From an uncultured Gemmatimonadales bacterium (GTDB lineage Bacteria > Gemmatimonadota > Gemmatimonadetes > Gemmatimonadales > Gemmatimonadaceae): 64,000 nt of DNA. The notes under the pieces were generated by a model. That model ran no database searches and was not told the DNA's origin. It saw only the letters and a program-made list of their open reading frames with translations. Shown here in pieces: positions 58,219 to 64,000 of this stretch. Position numbers and translations under genes: made by a program. The stretch is taken from contig CAVPQB010000005.1 in assembly GCA_963707505.1 (NCBI GenBank), positions 32,001 to 96,000 of the forward strand. Direction: 5' to 3'. The first letter of the stretch is position 1. Every line of letters begins with the position of its first letter.

Positions 58219-58934
58219 CGGCCGAGTGCCACGGTCTGTCGCTCCGTCAAATCGGTGATGCCGCGCGTGGCGAGCTCGAGCAACCGATCGAGCTGAGCAC
58301 GATCGAAGGTGCCGTGCTCACCGGTGCCCTGCACTTCCACGTACTTGCCTTCCGAGCTCATGACCACGTTCATATCCACTTCCGCACGCACATCCTGCTC
58401 GTAATCGAGGTCCAGTCGCGCGACGCCGTCGATCACACCGACGCTCACTGCGGCGACCCGCCGACGGATCGGCGACGCGGGGATCTTGCCCTGTGCGACC
58501 ATCCAGTCGAACGCATCAACTGCTGCAACGGCCGCGCCAGTTATCGCCGCGGTGCGCGTTCCGCCGTCCGCCTGAAGGACGTCGCAGTCGAGCTTGAGCG
58601 TGAACTCTCCAAACTTGAAGTCGTCCAGCATCGCCCGAATCGATCGGCCGATCAACCTCTGAATCTCCTGCGTCCGTCCGCCAATCTTGTCGCGCTCGCG
58701 CGACGTGCGCGTGCGCGTCGCACGCGGGAGCATTGCGTACTCCGCGGTCAACCAGCCCTCGCCGCGCCCGCGACGCCACGATGGCACGCTGTCCTCGATC
58801 GATGCTGCGCAGAGCACCTTCGTCATTCCGAAAGAGATGAGACACGATCCCTCTGCATACGGTGAGACACCGCGCTCGATGGACACTGGCCGCATCTGCT
58901 CTTCACCACGCACTGCTACTTCAGAACTACCCAC
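58215..58934 (-). CDS. rph: ribonuclease PH
   Basis: [40 protein letters not shown] and EVQGTGE. Confidence 0.97.
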   Translation of the reverse strand: MGSSEVAVRGEEQMRPVSIERGVSPYAEGSCLISFGMTKVLCAASIEDSVPSWRRGRGEGWLTAEYAMLPRATRTRTSRERDKIGGRTQEIQRLIGRSIRAMLDDFKFGEFTLKLDCDVLQADGGTRTAAITGAAVAAVDAFDWMVAQGKIPASPIRRRVAAVSVGVIDGVARLDLDYEQDVRAEVDMNVVMSSEGKYVEVQGTGEHGTFDRAQLDRLLELATRGITDLTERQTVALGR

Positions 58935-59403
58935 GCATCCGCTCTATGATTGAGGTTGTAGACTGGCCGGCAGTCAGTGGCACCACGATTACGTCGCCTC
59001 CGCGCGCGCGAACTTCCTGCGCGCCGACGATGGTCGCCTCGGTGTAATCGCCGCCCTTCACTATCACATCGGGCATGAGACAGCGCATGAGCTCGAGCGG
59101 CGTGTCCTCATCGAAGACGGTGACAACGTCGACCGCTTCGAGTGCGGCGATGACGTACGCGCGCTCGATCTGCGATCTGATGGGACGTGAATCGCCCTTG
59201 AGCCGGCGCACGGAATCGTCGCTGTTGATTCCGACCACGAGCGCATCACCCGCAGCACGCGCGGCCTGTATCACATCCACGTGCCCCGGATGCAGCAGAT
59301 CGAAGACGCCGTTCGTGAACACCACGCGGCCCCAGAAGTCGGTGCGCCAGTCGCGCATCGTATTCCACGACATCACTTTCGAAGCGGCGTCGCGTGGTGT
59401 CAC
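58927..59403 (-). CDS. rfaE2: D-glycero-beta-D-manno-heptose 1-phosphate adenylyltransferase (RfaE domain II/HldC)
   Basis: [39 protein letters not shown] and STTSII; start about GTG 59403. Confidence 0.93.
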   Translation of the reverse strand: MTPRDAASKVMSWNTMRDWRTDFWGRVVFTNGVFDLLHPGHVDVIQAARAAGDALVVGINSDDSVRRLKGDSRPIRSQIERAYVIAALEAVDVVTVFDEDTPLELMRCLMPDVIVKGGDYTEATIVGAQEVRARGGDVIVVPLTAGQSTTSIIERMRG

Positions 59404-59750
59404 AACGGCCCCCTCTCGTTCAGGATGAAGTGAACAGTGCGTGAGTAACGCAAAAGCTTCCATGAATCGTCGTACGATCCGAAGATATGAATCGAGCTCG
59501 GCGCGCGCTCCACCGTCACGTGGTAGGCCTCTTCCGGAAGATCGAGAGAGTCGGCGGCGGCCCAGATTTCCTGGCGAATACCGTCGTCCTTGCGGAACGT
59601 GGCGTAGCGCACCTGTTGATCGACCGCATCGCGAAAACGATAGAAGCGCATGTACGGCGCGCCGACGTTGATGACAACGTACGTTACGACCGCTATCGTC
59701 AGCAGCCAGCCGAGGCAACCAAGATCGGACGCGCCACGCCGCGTCACCAT
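59400..59750 (-). CDS. small membrane protein with a prepilin-like N-terminus (DUF4845-like)
   Basis: [24 protein letters not shown]: basic leader, Gly, then a hydrophobic helix; overlaps both neighbours. Confidence 0.6.
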   Translation of the reverse strand: MVTRRGASDLGCLGWLLTIAVVTYVVINVGAPYMRFYRFRDAVDQQVRYATFRKDDGIRQEIWAAADSLDLPEEAYHVTVERAPSSIHIFGSYDDSWKLLRYSRTVHFILNERGPL

Positions 59751-60256
59751 TGCGATTGCACGCCTTCGACGATCGCCGTCACCAGCTTGTCCACCGCCCT
59801 GGAGCGGCCAATGCTCTCCTCACCTTCGTTGTACTGACCATCGACAATGTATCCCTTGCGCGACCAGAGGCTCTTACCCGTGACCTGATCCACGACGTCG
59901 ACGTCGAGCACCATCTGCAAGGATCTCTGCACCGCTGTAGGCGTGCCACGTGAGCGCGCGTCGACGCCGATTGGAATGCCTGATTCATAACGACGAATCG
60001 TTCCGCGCACGACAGCGCTCGCGCGTGCTTCAGACGCCTCGCGCAAGCCGAGCCGACTTATGAGGCGAACACGCAGCGAATCCGAGATCTCGCGCTGAAT
60101 GTCTGCGACGGGAGTCTGATTGTCGAACGGAATGACGGCGATGGTATGCACGTGCGACGGCAGGCCGCCCCCGTGAAAGCCGTATAGGCAGCCAGCGGCG
60201 GCGAGCAGGAACGGAGCAACGAGGAGAAACTTCCTAAAAGCGCCAGATGGACGCAT
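59744..60256 (-). CDS. lptE: LPS assembly lipoprotein LptE family
   Basis: Lipobox [26 protein letters not shown] and C-terminal IVEGVQSQW. Confidence 0.75.
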   Translation of the reverse strand: MRPSGAFRKFLLVAPFLLAAAGCLYGFHGGGLPSHVHTIAVIPFDNQTPVADIQREISDSLRVRLISRLGLREASEARASAVVRGTIRRYESGIPIGVDARSRGTPTAVQRSLQMVLDVDVVDQVTGKSLWSRKGYIVDGQYNEGEESIGRSRAVDKLVTAIVEGVQSQW

Positions 60257-60902
60257 CAAACGGCGGTACCGGTTGTTGGATCTCGATATCAAGGACGAGC
60301 GAACGCCGTCCGGACAACTCATAACGAACTTTCTTTCCGGGAATTCTATCGACCCACTCGACGATCCTGTCTCCGGAGACTCGCTCGACGCGTGTAAGCT
60401 GGCTGCCGACGGCTGTGACTCTCCACTGGACCGGGGCGCCGAGGGAGGCCCGAAGTGTGTCGCCAGATACACGGATGATCGTATCGGAAACGGGAGGGAG
60501 CGCAAGACGCCCGAGCGCTGCCCAAAGGAGGGGTGCCGGCGGGACAAGATCGCGGCCATTGGAGCCCGGTGGCACCATCAGGCTGTCACCAACGAGTATC
60601 GCTGCCGCTGCCGCACCGAACCCGCCACCCAGGAACAGATCGACGCGCGCATGATCCGGCGGCCCCAACCGAGCCACGCCCTCCCCGCGACCGACTATCT
60701 GACCCTGATCCAACTCCCACTTGAATGTGATCTTTTGCGGAGTCACCGGGAGTGGGAATGGCGGGAGCGTCGCGTCGAGGGGCGCGACACCCGGAAGCGA
60801 GTGGATACGCGGCGCGCAAGCGGCTGCAAATGCAAGCAGCAGAATCGCAGAAAGTCGCCGAACATGATGCACGCGACGCAACACTCGCAGTTCGCTCACC
60901 AC
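60234..60902 (-). CDS. hypothetical lipoprotein (beta-rich; start may be ~60866)
   Basis: RRLSAILLLAFAAAC lipobox; overlaps both neighbours in the operon. Confidence 0.7.
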   Translation of the reverse strand: MVSELRVLRRVHHVRRLSAILLLAFAAACAPRIHSLPGVAPLDATLPPFPLPVTPQKITFKWELDQGQIVGRGEGVARLGPPDHARVDLFLGGGFGAAAAAILVGDSLMVPPGSNGRDLVPPAPLLWAALGRLALPPVSDTIIRVSGDTLRASLGAPVQWRVTAVGSQLTRVERVSGDRIVEWVDRIPGKKVRYELSGRRSLVLDIEIQQPVPPFDASIWRF

Positions 60903-62710
60903 CGTACGCGGATCGAGTCGATCGCGTCGCCTTCGACAAGTGCGTCCATCGTGTCCAGGCCGCTCGTTACGGCTCCAAAAACAGTGTAATGGCCGGTCAG
61001 ATGCGGTTGCGGAGTGAGCGTCAGGAAATACTGGCTGCCACCCGTATCCGGACCGGACAAGGCCATTCCAACTGCGCCGCGCGAATACGGCAGCAATGTG
61101 AGCTCGTCGCGAATCGCGTAACCTGGACCGCCCTCGCCATCGCCACGCGGATCGCCGTCCTGTGCGACGAAGCCGGGAACAACGCGATGGAATCTCAGGT
61201 TATCGTACGCACGCCTGTCGGCGAGTGTCGCGAAATTGAGTACCGTCAGCGGCGCCTTCACGCCGTCGAACGTGATACCAATACGTCCGCGCGCCGTGCG
61301 CATGGTTGCCGTTGGCGGATGTCCGCGCAGCGACGGCACCACTACACGACGAACAGCATTTTCGTACCAATCGAGTGGACGATCAACCACCGCCGTGTCG
61401 AGCGATCGCGCGTGATTTCCGGGAATCGAGCTGCGCACTGTCGAGTCGGGATCGGATTTGCCAGCAGTGAGCGCGCGCTGAACGGCGGCATCGCGACCGG
61501 CGGTATCACTTGCAGCGAGAACCTGATACGCAGCGCCGCGCACGCGCCCATCGGGATCACTCGTTGCACCCATTGCAACGGTGCGCGCGCGTGCAGTATC
61601 GCGCGAGGCGGACCATGCGGCGATCGCTACAGCTCGAAGGCGCCAATCGGACGACGCGCGCCACAGCGAGTCGGCGGGCAACGTCACACCGGAGGCAGTG
61701 GCCCCTTCGAGCAGCGATCTGCGCACCTTGTACGCCGTATCGAGATCCCAAGCCTCGCGCCATGCTGATACCGTCGTGTCAAACGCGGGCGCTGCGCTCT
61801 GAGCAGCAGCGACTCGCACGTTGCCATCACGGTCACGCAGCGCGTGGAGAATTACAGTACGTTCCGTAGTTCCGAATGATGCGAGCGAGTGAAGCGCGTT
61901 GATGCGAACGTACGGGCTTGGATCGGTGACAAGCACGCGCAGCCGCGCGATCGCGTCGGTGCGCAGCGAGTCGCCGACCATCTGCTTGCTTAAAACGCGC
62001 GCAAGCTCGGCGCGGAATGCGGCGTCCGGATGGGGCGCATCCAGCAGCGTCCTGACGCCCGACTTGGCACGAGCTCGCGCGACTGCATAAGCCGCGGCCC
62101 AGCGCAGATCCGCGTCGGGAGACCGGAGATAGGGAGCGATCGCGGCGAACCCGAGTGGGCGAATCTTGGACATCGCAATCAGCAGCTCCCGCGATGTCGA
62201 ACGCGCCGCTGCAGAGCGTTTGGGTGATTCGCCGAGCAGTGCGGCGATAGTGTCGGACGCCGGTGCGCCGATCTCACCGAGCGCCCATGCGGCAGACGGA
62301 GCCGCAGCGCCAGATGCGCGGACGATCGACGCGAGCATCGTTACCGAGCTCGTGTCGCGTACGAGACCGAGTCCGAATATTGCCGCAGACGCGACGACCG
62401 AGTCCGCGTCATGGGTGAGATCTCGTAGCAACGGCAGTGAGCGGCGCCTGTGCCGAAGCGCTACCTGCGACAGAGTGCGAGCGGCGGCGCGACGGATCTC
62501 CGCATCGTGCGATCCGAGCGCGCTCGCGAGGAGCACAGTATCGAGCACACGCTGGTCAGCAGACTTGAGAATGCGAGCGTAGAGCGTAACGTCGAGCGAG
62601 TCAGCTTTCGGCGCGTGACGCGCGCTGGATACCCGAAGCGCAACGTCCGGACGTGCGGCTTGAACACCGAAGCCGGAGAGCACGGTAGCCAGCGCCAGTG
62701 TCAGCAACAT
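60896..62710 (-). CDS. exported HEAT-repeat protein fused to a cyclophilin-type peptidyl-prolyl isomerase
   Basis: Signal peptide; HEAT repeats (VRINALHSL, VRVAAAQ); APLTVLNF, FHRVVPGFVAQDGDPRGDG, GMALSGPDTGGSQYF and YTVFG. Confidence 0.9.
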   Translation of the reverse strand: MLLTLALATVLSGFGVQAARPDVALRVSSARHAPKADSLDVTLYARILKSADQRVLDTVLLASALGSHDAEIRRAAARTLSQVALRHRRRSLPLLRDLTHDADSVVASAAIFGLGLVRDTSSVTMLASIVRASGAAAPSAAWALGEIGAPASDTIAALLGESPKRSAAARSTSRELLIAMSKIRPLGFAAIAPYLRSPDADLRWAAAYAVARARAKSGVRTLLDAPHPDAAFRAELARVLSKQMVGDSLRTDAIARLRVLVTDPSPYVRINALHSLASFGTTERTVILHALRDRDGNVRVAAAQSAAPAFDTTVSAWREAWDLDTAYKVRRSLLEGATASGVTLPADSLWRASSDWRLRAVAIAAWSASRDTARARTVAMGATSDPDGRVRGAAYQVLAASDTAGRDAAVQRALTAGKSDPDSTVRSSIPGNHARSLDTAVVDRPLDWYENAVRRVVVPSLRGHPPTATMRTARGRIGITFDGVKAPLTVLNFATLADRRAYDNLRFHRVVPGFVAQDGDPRGDGEGGPGYAIRDELTLLPYSRGAVGMALSGPDTGGSQYFLTLTPQPHLTGHYTVFGAVTSGLDTMDALVEGDAIDSIRVRW

Positions 62711-62711
62711 G

Positions 62712-63122
62712 TCAGGCGATTACCCGCACGCGCTCTAGTTGTTGCCTCAAAAGGTCAGGAATGCATGAGCCGCGGCCTTCGCGCGTCATGGCGACGAGCG
62801 TGGTGTAGCCAGTAGCGACGGCTACACCATCCGCGGTCTCGAGGTCATAGTCGAACCGAACCACTCTGGACCGGACTTCGGTAACGCGCGTCGTGATGCG
62901 TATGACGTCGTCGTATCTGGCGGGCTTGATGTATCGCAGGTGCGCTTCGACCACGGCAAGCGCCGTCCCCTCGCGCTCGAGCTCGGCATAGGTCATTCCG
63001 CCGAGCGCTCGGATGAGATCCGTACGGCCGATATCGCACCATGCGAGGTAATTGGCGTGATAAACCACGCCCATCTGATCAGTTTCCGCGTATCTCACGC
63101 GAACTTCGGTCACCTGGAGCAT
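62712..63122 (-). CDS. YbgC/FadM-family acyl-CoA thioesterase
   Basis: RVRYAETDQMGVVYHANYLAW and YIKPARYDD. Confidence 0.93.
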   Translation of the reverse strand: MLQVTEVRVRYAETDQMGVVYHANYLAWCDIGRTDLIRALGGMTYAELEREGTALAVVEAHLRYIKPARYDDVIRITTRVTEVRSRVVRFDYDLETADGVAVATGYTTLVAMTREGRGSCIPDLLRQQLERVRVIA

Positions 63123-63157
63123 TTGTTAAGATACCGCCGCTGCGCTAAGCTTGTCGC

Positions 63158-63922
63158 GTGCTCAACACTCCATGCCACATCGTATCCGACCTGCATCTGG
63201 GCGTGGCGAATGCCGCAGTCGAACGATCGTTCGAAGGGTATCTGGCGGGAATTTCCGGAAAAATTCCGGCCCTGATAATCAACGGCGACCTGTTCGACTT
63301 CTGGTTCGAGTGGAAGACTGTGATTCCGCGACGGGGATTTCGGACGCTTGCCGCGCTGGCCGCGTTGCGGGAGAGCGGAACCGAGATTCTGTACATCGCG
63401 GGCAATCACGACTGCTGGGGCGGAGACGTTCTTCGCGACGACGTCGGCGTGGAATATCATGTCGGCCCTTGGGAGGGCCCGATCGGGCCGTGGCGGGTAC
63501 GTGTGGAGCACGGCGACGGCCTTCGAGAAGTCGAAGACCGGAAGTACAGGATGGTGCGGCCGATCATGCGGTCGCCGCTTGCGATCGGAATGTTCCGACG
63601 GCTGCATCCCGACTGGGCGACGCGGCTGGCGTCGGGCAGCTCCAATGCGAGCCGCACGTACTCCGCACGTGACGGCGGCGCGGGGCTGCGCGCGATCGGA
63701 CATGCACGACTCGCGTCGGAACCCGAGCTGGACGTCGCCGTTTACGGACACTCGCACGTCGCTGCACTCGAGCGTGTCGGCAGCACGCAGGTTTTCGCGA
63801 ACGCGGGGTCGTGGCTCGATGCACCGACGTACATCGAGATAACCGACAGCTCGATCGAGCTGCTACGGTGGAACGGGTCAGCCGAGCGTGAGAGTCTCCA
63901 CGTGATCGATCGCGGCGCCTAG
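63158..63922 (+). CDS. lpxH: UDP-2,3-diacylglucosamine diphosphatase (LpxH-like metallophosphoesterase)
   Basis: VSDLHLG, NGDLFDFWFE, AGNHD, EHGDG, YGHSH and NAGSW. Confidence 0.85.
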   Translation: MLNTPCHIVSDLHLGVANAAVERSFEGYLAGISGKIPALIINGDLFDFWFEWKTVIPRRGFRTLAALAALRESGTEILYIAGNHDCWGGDVLRDDVGVEYHVGPWEGPIGPWRVRVEHGDGLREVEDRKYRMVRPIMRSPLAIGMFRRLHPDWATRLASGSSNASRTYSARDGGAGLRAIGHARLASEPELDVAVYGHSHVAALERVGSTQVFANAGSWLDAPTYIEITDSSIELLRWNGSAERESLHVIDRGA

Positions 63923-64000
63923 AAAGCGCTTCCCGACGTTACGGAACTGCTCGGGCACGTCGGAGGCGATGAAGCGCAAGCGGGAGTTGCCTTCGCGTGG
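63878..64000 (-). CDS. murI: 3' end of probable glutamate racemase (partial)
   Basis: Reads PREGNSRLRFIASDVPEQFRNVGKRFLGAAIDHVETLTLG*, resembling the MurI C-terminus; only 40 codons visible. Confidence 0.6.
   Translation of the reverse strand, partial: PREGNSRLRFIASDVPEQFRNVGKRFLGAAIDHVETLTLG

Overview
High-GC core-genome window from a diderm bacterium. The 16S sequence and gene content suggest Gemmatimonadota (Gemmatimonadaceae-like); I recognised this by eye and did not run a search. Contents in order: ppdK; a glycosyltransferase-deacetylase-flippase trio; tmRNA; a GAF-GGDEF cyclase; dusB; ptsN; guaA; lysA; proS; hisS; folC; accD; uvrC; murJ; bshC with a coupled methyltransferase; rlmH; gdh; an envelope superoperon (bamA-skp-lpxD-lpxC/fabZ-lpxA-gnnA-like-lpxB-DUF374-lpxK); an oppositely oriented PEP-CTERM gene with a sigma-54 promoter; a prfB-lysS-lolCE-lolD-mcsA-mcsB-clpC run; CGTC-type REP repeats; a zinc-ribbon/REC-GGDEF pair; a PorV-like gene; era; one tRNA-less rRNA operon; tRNAs Lys, Arg and Pro; rdgB; rph; rfaE2; lptE; a HEAT-cyclophilin; ybgC; lpxH. 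I found no integrase, transposase, prophage or CRISPR array. About 28.5-33.0 kb is full of indels, and proS, bamA and era each carry one; these are most likely assembly errors. The prfB frameshift is the genuine programmed one. Best leads: (1) a HexSDF-like amino-glycolipid operon; (2) about eight genes with a -10 hexamer only 5-7 nt before the start codon, implying leaderless mRNAs, including bamA, prfB and murJ; (3) a gnnA-like gene pointing to diamino-glucose lipid A; (4) bshC coupled to a candidate N-methyl-bacillithiol methyltransferase; (5) a ctsR-less McsA/McsB/ClpC module joined to lipoprotein-export genes.
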